Assembly: GCA_023512315.1 (NCBI GenBank)
Contig: JAILZV010000001.1
Location: 816 to 64,815, forward strand
DNA: 64,000 nucleotides
Origin: Anoxybacillus sp.
GTDB lineage: Bacteria > Bacillota > Bacilli > Bacillales > Anoxybacillaceae
Reading direction: 5' to 3'
Shown: positions 9,655-19,649 of the stretch, in pieces
How positions within the stretch are numbered: position 1 is the stretch's first letter
Layout of the letters: each line of letters begins with the position of its first letter
Position numbers and translations under genes: made by a program
Notes under the pieces: model-generated
Seen by the model: only the letters and a program-made list of their open reading frames with translations
Databases searched by the model: none
What the model was told of the DNA's origin: nothing

Positions 9655-11913
9655 TTACATGCTTTCGTGGAATGTGCGGTTAATGACATCGATTTGTTGT
9701 TCGCGCGTCAATTTAATAAAGTTTACCGCATATCCAGAAACGCGAATTGTTAATTGCGGATATTTTTCCGGATGTTCCATGGCATCTAACAACGTTTCAC
9801 GGTTAAAGACGTTAATGTTGAGATGGTGTCCGCCTTTTTCTGCATAACCATCTAAAATGGCGACAAGGTTGCGGACGCGAGTTTGCTCGTCTTTCCCAAG
9901 TGCTTTCGGTACAATCGAGAACGTGTTCGAAATACCGTCTAGTGCATGTTCATAAGGCAATTTGGCGACAGAGCTTAACGAAGCTAACGCGCCTTTTGTG
10001 TCGCGGCCGTGCAATGGGTTAGCCCCTGGTGCAAACGGTTCGCCTGCGCGGCGACCATCTGGCGTATTTCCTGTTTTTTTGCCGTATACGACGTTCGATG
10101 TAATCGTTAAAATCGATGTCGTATGCTTCGAATCGCGATATGTTTTATGTTTTTTCAATTTTGTCATAAACCGTTCGACAATGTCGACAGCAATCGAGTC
10201 GACGCGGTCGTCGTTGTTTCCGTATTTCGGGAAGTCGCCTTCGATTTCAAAGTCAACGGCTAAGCCATTTTCGTCACGGATTGTTTTTACTTTCGCATAT
10301 TTAATCGCACTTAATGAGTCAGCCACAACCGACAATCCAGCGATACCAGTTGCCATTGTGCGTAAAATATGCGTATCGTGAAGCGCCATTTCAATCCGCT
10401 CATAGCAATATTTATCGTGCATGTAATGAATAATGTTTAATGTATTAATGTAAAGCTCTGCGAGCCATTCTAACACTTGGTCGTATTTGCGCATGACTTC
10501 TTCATAGTCTAAGTATTCCGAAGTAACGGGTGCAAATTCTGGACCAACTTGGATTTTTAATTTTTCATCGACACCGCCGTTAATCGCGTATAGCAATGCT
10601 TTCGCAAGGTTTGCCCGCGCGCCGAAGAACTGCATTTGTTTACCGATTCGCATCGCCGATACGCAGCACGCAATGCCGTAATCGTCGCCGAATTCTGCGC
10701 GCATTAAATCGTCGTTTTCGTATTGGATCGAACTTGTTTTCATCGACATTTTCGCGCAATATTCTTTAAAGCCTTCCGGCAATTGTTTCGACCAAAGCAC
10801 GGTTAAGTTCGGCTCTGGCGCCGGGCCTAAGTTATCAAGCGTATGAAGGAAACGGAACGAGTTTTTCGTCACAAGCGGACGTCCGTCAATCGCGACGCCG
10901 CCGATCGACTCTGTTACCCATGTCGGGTCGCCGCTGAATAGCTCGTTATATTCCGGCGTTCTTGCGAATTTGACAAGGCGCAATTTCATGACGAAATGGT
11001 CGACGAGTTCTTGCGCTTCTTTTTCTGTTAAGACCCCTTCTTGCAAGTCGCGCTCGATATAAATGTCAAGGAACGTTGATACACGCCCTAAGCTCATTGC
11101 CGCGCCGTTTTGTTCTTTAATCGCTGCAAGATACGCAAAATATAGCCATTGAAATGCTTCGCGAGCGTTGCGTGCTGGTTCCGAAATGTCGTAGCCGTAG
11201 CTTAGCGCCATTTGTTTTAATTCTTGAAGCGCACGAATTTGTTCCGATAGTTCTTCGCGAAGGCGAATAATATCTTCGCTCATCGTCCGTGCGCCCGTGT
11301 TGCGCAAGTCTTTTTTCTTCTCTTCCATTAAGCGGTCAACGCCGTATAATGCCACGCGGCGGTAGTCACCAATAATGCGGCCACGGCCGTATGCGTCAGG
11401 AAGACCAGTAATAATCCCAGCTTTTCGCGCCGCTTTCATTTCGTCTGTGTAGGCGTCGAACACCCCTTGGTTATGCGTTTTACGATATTCCGTAAAAATC
11501 TTTTTCACTTCGTCGCTCACTTCGTAGCCGTACGCTTCGCACGATTGTTCCGCCATGCGAATGCCGCCAAACGGCATAAGAGAACGTTTAAACGGTTTAT
11601 CAGTTTGGAAACCGACGACTTTCTCTAACGATTTGTTTAAGTAGCCAGGTTGATGGGAAGTAATCGTCGAAACGATTTCGGTGTCCATATCAAGAACGCC
11701 GCCTTTTTCCCGCTCCTGTTTCGACAATTCCATCACTTGTTCCCATAGCTGTTTCGTTGCTTCCGTCGGTCCTTCTAAAAACGATTCATCTCCATAGTAC
11801 ACAGTGACGTTGTTTAAAATAAAATCGCGGACGTTAATTTCCTTTTTCCATTTCGATCCTTTAAAGTTTCGCCACGGATCTAACGGAGTTTTTGTCATTA
11901 CCATTTGTTCCAT
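9655..11913 (-). CDS. pflB: Formate C-acetyltransferase (pyruvate formate-lyase)
   Basis: 752 aa with a C-terminal glycyl-radical motif (TIRVSGYAV) and active-site CCVSA. SD AAGGGGGA. Confidence 0.95.
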   Translation of the reverse strand: MEQMVMTKTPLDPWRNFKGSKWKKEINVRDFILNNVTVYYGDESFLEGPTEATKQLWEQVMELSKQEREKGGVLDMDTEIVSTITSHQPGYLNKSLEKVVGFQTDKPFKRSLMPFGGIRMAEQSCEAYGYEVSDEVKKIFTEYRKTHNQGVFDAYTDEMKAARKAGIITGLPDAYGRGRIIGDYRRVALYGVDRLMEEKKKDLRNTGARTMSEDIIRLREELSEQIRALQELKQMALSYGYDISEPARNAREAFQWLYFAYLAAIKEQNGAAMSLGRVSTFLDIYIERDLQEGVLTEKEAQELVDHFVMKLRLVKFARTPEYNELFSGDPTWVTESIGGVAIDGRPLVTKNSFRFLHTLDNLGPAPEPNLTVLWSKQLPEGFKEYCAKMSMKTSSIQYENDDLMRAEFGDDYGIACCVSAMRIGKQMQFFGARANLAKALLYAINGGVDEKLKIQVGPEFAPVTSEYLDYEEVMRKYDQVLEWLAELYINTLNIIHYMHDKYCYERIEMALHDTHILRTMATGIAGLSVVADSLSAIKYAKVKTIRDENGLAVDFEIEGDFPKYGNNDDRVDSIAVDIVERFMTKLKKHKTYRDSKHTTSILTITSNVVYGKKTGNTPDGRRAGEPFAPGANPLHGRDTKGALASLSSVAKLPYEHALDGISNTFSIVPKALGKDEQTRVRNLVAILDGYAEKGGHHLNINVFNRETLLDAMEHPEKYPQLTIRVSGYAVNFIKLTREQQIDVINRTFHESM

Positions 11914-12030
11914 ATCAGCTTCCCCCTTATTTATTAAAGACTATAACAGAGTCGCAAAAATCTATATAACAGTTTCTAGATATAGCATACTACATTTATA
12001 AAAAAGCGGGAGTACCCATTCGTGAATGAT

Positions 12031-12048
12031 TTGTGAAATTTTGAGCAA
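12031..12048. promoter_or_regulatory. Degenerate Rex-like site upstream of pflB (one perfect half-site)
   Basis: TTGTGAA-ATTT-TGAGCAA. Only the TTGTGAA half matches the consensus. Confidence 0.3.
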
Positions 12049-12049
12049 A

Positions 12050-12065
12050 TGTGATGGACATCACG
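12050..12065. promoter_or_regulatory. Fnr/Crp-family box upstream of pflB
   Basis: TGTGA-TGGACA-TCACG, one mismatch to TGTGA-N6-TCACA, ~140 nt upstream of the pflB start. Confidence 0.45.
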
Positions 12066-12311
12066 TTTTTTAAAAAAACAGCACTGAATTGCAATAGGAA
12101 AATATTTAGTAACTTTTGTAACGATAATATTTAGAGGGACGAAATATTGTGCCGAAAAAGCGTCATAAATGTATTATTCCCGTGTTAGAAAGCGCATTAT
12201 GACGAAAAAAGTTTTTTCCAGTAAAAAAATAATGCTTGTCTATTTGGACAATTCATATTATATTTTTCTTAAAATAAAAAAAATTTTCAAAAGTGAAAAA
12301 GGGGGATTCGA

Positions 12312-13529
12312 ATGGTCTTAAAGAAAACGCTTTCCATTCTTGCAACAACGACACTGGCAGTCGGTATTTTAGCCGGATGCTCAGGTGGTCAGAAAAACGA
12401 CACTGCCAATAACGGTGGAAACGGAGGTGGCGGTGGCGGCAGCAACGTCATTAAAATTGCGACGCAAAGCCCGCTTTCTGGTGGAAGCGCGACGTTGGGC
12501 GAGTCCATTAAACTCGGTGCACAATTGGCGTTGGAAGAACAACAAGCGAACTTTGAAAAGCTTGGCTTTAAATTAGAGCTTGTTCCATACGATGACCAAG
12601 GCGACCCGAAAAAAGGGGTAGCGAACGCGCAGTTAATCGGCGCTGATAAACAAGTATTTGGTGTTGTTGGTCACTTAAACTCCGGCGTAGCGATTCCATC
12701 GTCAGAAATTTATGAAAAGTACAGCATTCCAATGGTCTCTCCAGCAAACACAGCAACAGACGTAACAGACCGCGGGCTAAAAACAGTTAACCGCATTTGT
12801 GCCCGTGACGATTTCCAAGGACCTGCAGGCGCGAAATTCGCCGTTGAAACACTTGGCGCGAAGAAAATCTTTATCATTCAAGACAAAACCGCTTACGGTA
12901 CTGGTTTAGCGGAAGCGTTCAAAAAAGGCGCGGAAGAACTTGGTGCGCAAATTCTTGGTTTTGAAGGAATTACCGTTGGGGAAAAAGACTTTAACGGCGT
13001 CTTGAACCAAGTATTGGCGAAAAAACCTGACTTAATTTACTTCGGCGGCCTTTACACAGAAGGTGGTTTATTGATTAAACAAGCGCGCGATAAAGGCATT
13101 AATGTGCCGATTATGGGCGGTGACGGGCTAGACTCTTCGACGCTTGTCCAAATCGCTGGCGATGCGGTGAAAAATACGTACATGACTTCAGCTGCTGGTT
13201 TAGCGACAGCAACAGACGCTGGAAAACAATTTGCGGAAAAATATAAACAAAAATTCGGTAAAGAGATCGAGTCTTATTCTGCATACGGCTACGATGCAAT
13301 GGGCGTATTGCTTAAAGGACTTGAAAATGCAATTAAAGCAAATGGCAACAAGCTTCCAACACGTCAACAAGTAGCAGAAGAAGTTCGCAAAGTGCAAGAT
13401 TATCAAGGAGTTGTAACAAAAGTAAGCTTTGACGAAAAAGGCGATAACAAATATGCGAAAATTTACATCTACAAATTTGATGAAGCAAAATATCCGGCTA
13501 AGCTAGAGAACGAAGTAAGCAAACAATAA
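12312..13529 (+). CDS. Branched-chain amino-acid ABC transporter substrate-binding lipoprotein (LivJ/Peripla_BP_6-like)
   Basis: Lipobox LAGCSG with a Gly-rich linker. Family-typical sequence. It is followed by LivHMGF-type genes. Confidence 0.85.
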   Translation: MVLKKTLSILATTTLAVGILAGCSGGQKNDTANNGGNGGGGGGSNVIKIATQSPLSGGSATLGESIKLGAQLALEEQQANFEKLGFKLELVPYDDQGDPKKGVANAQLIGADKQVFGVVGHLNSGVAIPSSEIYEKYSIPMVSPANTATDVTDRGLKTVNRICARDDFQGPAGAKFAVETLGAKKIFIIQDKTAYGTGLAEAFKKGAEELGAQILGFEGITVGEKDFNGVLNQVLAKKPDLIYFGGLYTEGGLLIKQARDKGINVPIMGGDGLDSSTLVQIAGDAVKNTYMTSAAGLATATDAGKQFAEKYKQKFGKEIESYSAYGYDAMGVLLKGLENAIKANGNKLPTRQQVAEEVRKVQDYQGVVTKVSFDEKGDNKYAKIYIYKFDEAKYPAKLENEVSKQ

Positions 13530-13537
13530 ACGGATGA

Positions 13538-13581
13538 CCGGAAAAGGGTATGACATGTTTGCCGTACCCTTTTCTTTCCGG
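13538..13581 (+). terminator. Hairpin between the binding-protein and permease genes (partial terminator/attenuator)
   Basis: CCGGAAAAGGGTA...TACCCTTTTCTTTCCGG stem. This is the usual position for setting binding-protein excess. Confidence 0.45.
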
Positions 13582-13684
13582 CATCGTTTTGCGCCCGGCT
13601 TGTTGGTGGTAGACTTTTGTTATGTACGAACAAAAAGCTGGGCGATTTTTCTGTAAAAGTAGCAAAAACAGGCGGGTGAACAAA

Positions 13685-14671
13685 ATGATCAATGAAGTGT
13701 TGCATACGTTGCCGCAAGTGTTAATTGATGGGTTAACGCTCGGAGCTGTTTATGCGATTGTCGCATTAGGATATACGATGGTATATGGGATTTTGGAACT
13801 GATTAACTTTGCCCACGGGGAAATTTTTATGACGGGGGCATTTGTAGGAACGGCGATTTTATTGACGTTTGCGGGATTCGGCTGGTTGGCATCCATGCCA
13901 GCGCTCGTAGCACTTGTTTTAGTGCTTGTGGTTACGTCGGTAGTTACCGGTTTGCTTGGAATGGGAATTGAACGAGTGGCATATCGTCCGTTGCGCAATG
14001 CACCGAAGTTAATCACGTTAATTACAGCAATTGGCGTTTCGTTTTTGCTTCAAGATATCGTTCGTTTTATCGCAGAATTGAAAAACGGCAACTACATTTT
14101 AACGGGACCAAGCTTGTTTAGCGGGCAAATTGGGATTAAAGCTTCCTCTATTTCGTCGATATTTAACGATGCATCGGTCAAATCTTCGTTTTTTATCGTA
14201 TTAATTGTAGCAGTCATTATGATGGTGACGTTGGACTTTTTCGTCAATAAAACAAAATGGGGAATGGCGATGCGCGCTGTGGCGCAAGACCGGGAAACAG
14301 CGGCGTTAATGTCGGTAAACGTGAATAAAGTCATCGCTCTTACATTTTTTATCGGTTCTGCATTAGGAGGAGCAACAGGCGTATTATTTGCGATTCAATA
14401 CGGCACAATCGACCCGTATATCGGGTTTATTCTAGGATTAAAAGCTTTCACGGCTGCCGTTTTAGGCGGAATCGGCAACATTCGTGGAGCGATGTTTGGC
14501 GGTATTTTGATTGGAATTATGGAAATGTTCGCGGCGGCGAATTTACCAGTTATTTCACACGGCGTACTTGGCGCAGAGTATAAAGACGTATTTGCCTTTG
14601 CGATTTTAATTATCGTACTAATCTTCAAGCCAGAAGGGCTATTCGGAAAAGTGTCAATAGAGAAAGTGTAG
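13685..14671 (+). CDS. livH: Branched-chain amino-acid ABC transporter permease (LivH-type)
   Basis: Multi-TM BPD_transp_2-like sequence. ATG 13685 after AGGCGGGTGA. The earlier track start lies inside the hairpin region. Confidence 0.85.
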   Translation: MINEVLHTLPQVLIDGLTLGAVYAIVALGYTMVYGILELINFAHGEIFMTGAFVGTAILLTFAGFGWLASMPALVALVLVLVVTSVVTGLLGMGIERVAYRPLRNAPKLITLITAIGVSFLLQDIVRFIAELKNGNYILTGPSLFSGQIGIKASSISSIFNDASVKSSFFIVLIVAVIMMVTLDFFVNKTKWGMAMRAVAQDRETAALMSVNVNKVIALTFFIGSALGGATGVLFAIQYGTIDPYIGFILGLKAFTAAVLGGIGNIRGAMFGGILIGIMEMFAAANLPVISHGVLGAEYKDVFAFAILIIVLIFKPEGLFGKVSIEKV

Positions 14672-14680
14672 GTGATCGAG

Positions 14681-15973
14681 ATGAAAAATGTGCTCCATAC
14701 GATCCAACAAAACAAGCGCCTTCAGGCTATCGTCGTTGGCTTATACATCGTCGTTACGTTTTTTAGCCTATATTTGGCACAAAAGTCAGTCGTTGCGTTT
14801 TTGCTTCTATTGTCGTCGCTGTTGCTTCTTTATTTCACAACGTTTTCTAACCGCGTGAAATGGCTGATTGGCGGGGTCGTAATGGTCGTACTGCTGCCGC
14901 TTGCTGCGAGCCAAGGGGAAGCGTATCAGTCATACATGGAAGTTGCGACATTAGTCGGTATTTATATCGCGATGGCACTCGGGTTAAACATTGTTGTCGG
15001 AATGGCAGGACTTTTGGACTTAGGGTTTGTCGCCTTCTTCGCGCTCGGTGCATACACATATGGAATTTTTGCGACTGGTCAGGCGAACAACTTTATGCCG
15101 TTTGGGCATTATCCGTTATCCGGGGAAAGTTTTTGGGTATTTATTTTCATCGGTTGCTTTGTGGCGGCATTATTCGGGATTTTGCTCGGCGTGCCGGTAT
15201 TGCGGGTAAAAGGTGACTATTTAGCGATTGTTACGCTAGGATTCGGGGAAATTATCCGCATTATTTTCAATAACTTGGACAAGCCAGTAAACATTACAAA
15301 CGGTGCGATGGGGCTTGCGTCCGTCCAACCACCGCGTTTGTTCGGTATCGATTTTATGTATCCGAACCAATTTTACTATATTGTGCTAGTGATTTTAATT
15401 ACCGTTATTTTCGCCGTGCGACGTCTTGAATTTTCGAAAATCGGCCGCGCGTGGAAAGCGGTACGGGAAAATGAGATCGCTGCACAGGCGATGGGCATTC
15501 ACCTTGTGAAAACAAAGCTTATGGCGTTTGCGGTCGGTGCTTCTTTCTCAGGAATGATGGGCGTTGTGTTTGCGGCGAAGCAAACGTTCGTGGACCCGAC
15601 GAGCTTTACGTTGCTTGAATCGATTACGATTCTCGTCATGGTTATTTTAGGAGGAATGGGCAGTGTGCCAGGCGTTATTCTTGGGGCAGCGCTTGTAACG
15701 ATTTTGAACTTGCAAGTGTTGACGGAATTGACGAACTGGCTGAACCAATTGAGCTTAAATGGGGTTATTAACGTACCTGATGCGCTTTCTCCAGCGAAAA
15801 TGCAGCGGTTTATTTTCGGGGTCATTTTAATTCTCTTTGCCCTTTACCGTCCGCAAGGGTTGTTGCCGGCGAAAAACCCTGTCTTCGATGAAAAGGATCT
15901 AAAAGATGCAGACAAACTAATCAACGCCGGCGTACAGAAGGAGGCGACGCAACATGTCCATCTTGACAGTTAA
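14681..15973 (+). CDS. livM: Branched-chain amino-acid ABC transporter permease (LivM-type)
   Basis: Multi-TM protein. ATG 14681 lies 6 nt after AGGTGA; GTG 14672 is the alternative. Confidence 0.85.
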   Translation: MKNVLHTIQQNKRLQAIVVGLYIVVTFFSLYLAQKSVVAFLLLLSSLLLLYFTTFSNRVKWLIGGVVMVVLLPLAASQGEAYQSYMEVATLVGIYIAMALGLNIVVGMAGLLDLGFVAFFALGAYTYGIFATGQANNFMPFGHYPLSGESFWVFIFIGCFVAALFGILLGVPVLRVKGDYLAIVTLGFGEIIRIIFNNLDKPVNITNGAMGLASVQPPRLFGIDFMYPNQFYYIVLVILITVIFAVRRLEFSKIGRAWKAVRENEIAAQAMGIHLVKTKLMAFAVGASFSGMMGVVFAAKQTFVDPTSFTLLESITILVMVILGGMGSVPGVILGAALVTILNLQVLTELTNWLNQLSLNGVINVPDALSPAKMQRFIFGVILILFALYRPQGLLPAKNPVFDEKDLKDADKLINAGVQKEATQHVHLDS

Positions 15974-16733
15974 AAACTTGACGAAACAGTTCGGCGGACT
16001 TGTCGCCAATAGCAATATCGACATGGAAGTGCAAAAAGGTTCGATTACGGCCGTCATCGGCCCGAACGGTGCTGGAAAGACGACATTTTTTAACATGGTT
16101 ACAGGCGTCTATCAGCCGACGAGTGGCGAGATTTTATTAAATAATGAATCCATTGTCGGATTGAAGCCGCATCAAGTGACGAAAAAAGGAATTGCCCGCA
16201 CGTTTCAAAACATCCGCTTATTCGGCGCAATTACCGTATTGGAAAACGTCATGGTTGGCATGCATAACCATCTTCACGGCGGATTGTTTAGTACCATTTT
16301 GAATTTGCCGCGCGTGCGGAAAGAAGAAAAAGAAGCGCGACGCGAAGCGTATCGCCTTCTTGAATACGTTGGGTTAGAATCGTTCTATAACGAAGAAGCA
16401 AGCAGCTTGCCGTACGGAGCGCAGCGGAAATTAGAAATTGCCCGCGCACTTGCAACGAAGCCGAAAGTGTTGTTGCTTGACGAGCCGGCGGCAGGGATGA
16501 ACCCGAAAGAAACGAGCGAATTGACAAAGCTCATTTACAATATGCGCGAAGAGTTGGATTTAACGATTGTCTTAATTGAACACGACATGAAGCTTGTCAT
16601 GGAAATTTCGGAGCATATTGTCGTATTAGACCATGGAGAAAAAATTGCCGAAGGGACACCTGATGACATCCGCAATAACGAGAAAGTCATTGAAGCTTAT
16701 TTAGGAAAAGGTGCTGCTACAACGGCTTCGTAA
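15954..16733 (+). CDS. livG: Branched-chain amino-acid ABC transporter ATP-binding protein (LivG-type)
   Basis: Walker A GPNGAGKTT, LLDEPAAGMNP, and the LivG-specific C-terminal extension. Confidence 0.9.
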   Translation: MSILTVKNLTKQFGGLVANSNIDMEVQKGSITAVIGPNGAGKTTFFNMVTGVYQPTSGEILLNNESIVGLKPHQVTKKGIARTFQNIRLFGAITVLENVMVGMHNHLHGGLFSTILNLPRVRKEEKEARREAYRLLEYVGLESFYNEEASSLPYGAQRKLEIARALATKPKVLLLDEPAAGMNPKETSELTKLIYNMREELDLTIVLIEHDMKLVMEISEHIVVLDHGEKIAEGTPDDIRNNEKVIEAYLGKGAATTAS

Positions 16734-16748
16734 AGGGGGAACCTCGCA

Positions 16749-17456
16749 ATGAGTTTGCTACGGCTAGAAGATATTAACACATTTTACGGCGGAATTCACG
16801 CATTAAAGGGAGTTTCGCTTGAGGTAAACGAAGGCGAAATCGTGACGCTAATCGGCAGTAACGGTGCCGGAAAATCGACGACATTAAAAACGATTAGCGG
16901 GCAAGTGAAGCCGAAAAGCGGAAAAATTATTTACAATGGGCAAGACATTACAAACACGCCACCGCACGTGACGGCGTTGACAGGCATTGCCCATGTACCG
17001 GAAGGACGGCGAATTTTCCCGCGCTTAACGGTCAAGGAAAATTTAGAGATGGGTGCGTTTTCGGTGAAAGATAAGCGGGTCATTGAGGAACGAATGGAGC
17101 GCGTCTTTCATTATTTCCCGAGAATTAAAGAGCGCCTGCAACAAAAAGGCGGAACGATGAGCGGTGGCGAGCAGCAAATGCTTGCGATCGGTCGGGCGCT
17201 CATGATGCAGCCGAAGCTGCTAATGCTTGACGAGCCATCGATGGGACTTGCGCCGATTATCGTCGAGCAAATTTTTGAAATTATTAAAGAATTGAACGAG
17301 GAAGGTATGACGATTTTGCTCGTTGAGCAAAACGCGTTCCAGGCGTTGCAAATCGCTCATCGCGGCTACGTCATTCAAACAGGCGAAATTGTCATGTCTG
17401 GGCTTGGAAAAGACTTACTTGTCAACGAACAAGTGCGCGAGGCGTACTTAGCATAA
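16749..17456 (+). CDS. livF: Branched-chain amino-acid ABC transporter ATP-binding protein (LivF-type)
   Basis: Walker A GSNGAGKST and signature MSGGEQQMLAIGRAL. Confidence 0.9.
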   Translation: MSLLRLEDINTFYGGIHALKGVSLEVNEGEIVTLIGSNGAGKSTTLKTISGQVKPKSGKIIYNGQDITNTPPHVTALTGIAHVPEGRRIFPRLTVKENLEMGAFSVKDKRVIEERMERVFHYFPRIKERLQQKGGTMSGGEQQMLAIGRALMMQPKLLMLDEPSMGLAPIIVEQIFEIIKELNEEGMTILLVEQNAFQALQIAHRGYVIQTGEIVMSGLGKDLLVNEQVREAYLA

Positions 17457-17458
17457 TG

Positions 17459-17489
17459 AAAAGGACTCCAAGGAAGGGGTCCTTTTCTA
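17459..17489 (+). terminator. liv operon terminator
   Basis: AAAAGGAC...GTCCTTTT hairpin with a T-tail. Confidence 0.6.
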
Positions 17490-17554
17490 TTGCCGCAAAT
17501 TTTTGTACAATGAATGTCGTCCTTAGAAATTATGGCGAAACGAAGGTGAAAACA

Positions 17555-18265
17555 ATGAACGGGCAAGAAGCAAAAGCGTTCATTGAACAGCTGCAGCAAG
17601 AAGGATTATTAACGGAAGAGATGCGTCCGGTTTGGGAAATGATTATGCCGGAACGTCTGAAGCGAATGTATGACGTATTGAACGAACGAACGCGCTATAT
17701 CACGATCATTACCGAAGCGGTCGACGACCCGCATAACCAAGCGGCTGTACTTCGCTCCGCGGAAGCATTTGGCTTGCAAGACGTTTATGTCGTCACAGGG
17801 AGTGCCCCGTTTCAGCCGAATCCGTTTGTGACGCGCAATGCCGATAAATGGTTGACCGTTCAGCAAAAGAAAGACATTCAGACTGCTATCCAACAATTAA
17901 AAGAAAGCGGCTATCAAGTGTTCGCAAGCTATTTAGGGGAAGGGACGATTCCATTACAAGCAATCGATGTATCGCGACCGACGGCGCTATTATTTGGCAA
18001 TGAACATCGTGGCGTATCAGATGAAGCCATTCGTTTAGCGGATGGGACGTTTATGATTCCAATGCATGGATTTGTGCAAAGTTTTAACATTTCCGTCGCC
18101 GCTGCTTTAACGCTATATGACGTGACGGAGCGGGCGCGTCGCCAAGCTGGTGAGGCGTATTATTTGCCGTTTGCGGAGAAAAAGGCGCTATATGAACAAT
18201 GGATGTGGCAAACGCTTCAGCCGCGGCTACGCCGGATGATGGAAATGCAGTTTCAAAAAAGCTGA
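17555..18265 (+). CDS. SpoU/TrmH-family RNA 2'-O-methyltransferase
   Basis: LLFGNEHRGVSDEA and IPMHGFVQSFNISVAAA knot motifs. ATG 17555 after GAAGGTGA. The track start at 17456 spans the upstream terminator. Confidence 0.85.
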   Translation: MNGQEAKAFIEQLQQEGLLTEEMRPVWEMIMPERLKRMYDVLNERTRYITIITEAVDDPHNQAAVLRSAEAFGLQDVYVVTGSAPFQPNPFVTRNADKWLTVQQKKDIQTAIQQLKESGYQVFASYLGEGTIPLQAIDVSRPTALLFGNEHRGVSDEAIRLADGTFMIPMHGFVQSFNISVAAALTLYDVTERARRQAGEAYYLPFAEKKALYEQWMWQTLQPRLRRMMEMQFQKS

Positions 18266-18290
18266 TCTTCGAAGGAAGGTCAGCTTTTTT
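18259..18290 (+). terminator. Rho-independent terminator
   Basis: AAGCTGA...TCAGCTT followed by TTTTT. Confidence 0.7.
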
Positions 18291-18292
18291 AT

Positions 18293-18449
18293 AAGGTAAG
18301 AAAGTATAAAATTTTACGATTAGGTGGAGTGCTGTCTAGCTCCAAGCGCCATCGGCTCGAGTCGTTCCGCCTCTTCTTTCGGCGGCTAAGTCTCCTCGGT
18401 AGGGCTTGTGCGATCTTCGCCGATAGACGGGCGCTTTGCGCTTTTCTTA
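18293..18449 (+). repeat. Long copy of the intergenic repeat element (short copy at 8035-8105)
   Basis: Same AAGGTAAGAAA left end and the same 58-bp right block as the adhE-distal copy, plus ~88 bp of internal sequence missing from the other copy. Confidence 0.8.
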
Positions 18450-18704
18450 ACGTGTCTACTTAGTAGATTCCCGTTTAGGATAGCGAATCCTTTTTTTGTT
18501 TAAAAGTAGTTTCAATGGCGCATTTTCATGTTTTATCCACACAATCGAATATTTCATGAACAATTTTTGAACGAATCGTGACAAAAATTTTGCGTATTTG
18601 TGAACTTTTTCGCAAAACCGTTTCAAACATTTTCACTTTTGATATGTTAGAAACAAACGTATTGAGCATGGGATGTCATTTTGCAAATGTAAGGAGGAAC
18701 ACCG

Positions 18705-19619
18705 ATGAAGCAAAGGGTGTGGAAATGGGCTTCGTTACTTCCGTTATCATTATTGATTTTTTTAAGTGGATGCAGTGAAAATATGCTCGTATTGCAGCCA
18801 AAAGGACCTGTGGCGAAAACGCAGTACGATTTAATTGTTTGGTCAGTTGGTTTTATGTTGCTCATTATTGTTGTTGTCTTTGTGTTATTTGCTGTTGTGT
18901 TAATTCGGTATCGTGAAAAGCCAGAGAACGCTAATTACGAGCCACCAGAAGAAGAAGGGAACACGCTATTAGAAATCGTCTGGACGGCAATTCCGATCAT
19001 TATTGTAACAGCGCTAGCTATTCCAACGGTCAAAGCGACCTTTGCCTTAGAAAAGCCGTCTCAGAAGAGCGTAAAACCTTTGACGATTCATGTTACCGCG
19101 GCAAACTGGAAGTGGATTTTTAGCTATCCGGAACAAAATATCGAAACGGTGAACTATGTCAATATTCCAGAAGACGTTCCTGTCAAATTCGAGTTGACAT
19201 CAGTCGGTCCGATGAGCTCATTTTGGGTACCGCAGTTAGGGGGACAAAAATATGCGATGGATGGCATGGAAACGGAATTGTTCCTTGAAGCAGATGAGCC
19301 AGGTTCGTATATGGGGCGGAACGCGAACTTCACAGGAAAAGGCTTTACGCATATGGAGTTTGAGGTTGTCGCACAAACAAAAGATGACTTTAACAAATGG
19401 GTAAAAGACGTGCAGCAAACCGCGCCGAAACTAAGCAAAGAAAAATATGACACTATTTTAAAACCGGGGCTTGTTGGTCGGATGACGTTTTCGAATACGC
19501 ATTTAGAATGGGTGGATCATTCGAAACAAAATAGCCATCATATGGGCAAAACAGAAGACCATCGTGAGAATGCAGAACATGACGAAGGAATGCACATGGA
19601 GCATCAAAGCCATCAATAG
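18705..19619 (+). CDS. qoxA: Cytochrome aa3 quinol oxidase subunit II
   Basis: Lipobox LSGCS followed by a QoxA-like N-terminus (LQPKGPVA). The gene order matches qoxABCD. Confidence 0.9.
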   Translation: MKQRVWKWASLLPLSLLIFLSGCSENMLVLQPKGPVAKTQYDLIVWSVGFMLLIIVVVFVLFAVVLIRYREKPENANYEPPEEEGNTLLEIVWTAIPIIIVTALAIPTVKATFALEKPSQKSVKPLTIHVTAANWKWIFSYPEQNIETVNYVNIPEDVPVKFELTSVGPMSSFWVPQLGGQKYAMDGMETELFLEADEPGSYMGRNANFTGKGFTHMEFEVVAQTKDDFNKWVKDVQQTAPKLSKEKYDTILKPGLVGRMTFSNTHLEWVDHSKQNSHHMGKTEDHRENAEHDEGMHMEHQSHQ

Positions 19620-19649
19620 CATGCATTGTAGGGAAGGAGGAACAGGCAC

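Noticed and set aside
12276-12290. CodY-box-like AATTTTCAAAAGTGA upstream of the liv operon
   Set aside because: It has five mismatches to AATTTTCWGAAAATT and is indistinguishable from background in this AT-rich spacer.
18611-18625. 15-nt identity CGCAAAACCGTTTCA upstream of qoxA and at 36369-36383, considered as a cre/CcpA-like site
   Set aside because: By my estimate a handful of 15-mer coincidences are expected by chance in 64 kb on two strands. The central CG is also offset by one position relative to the cre consensus.
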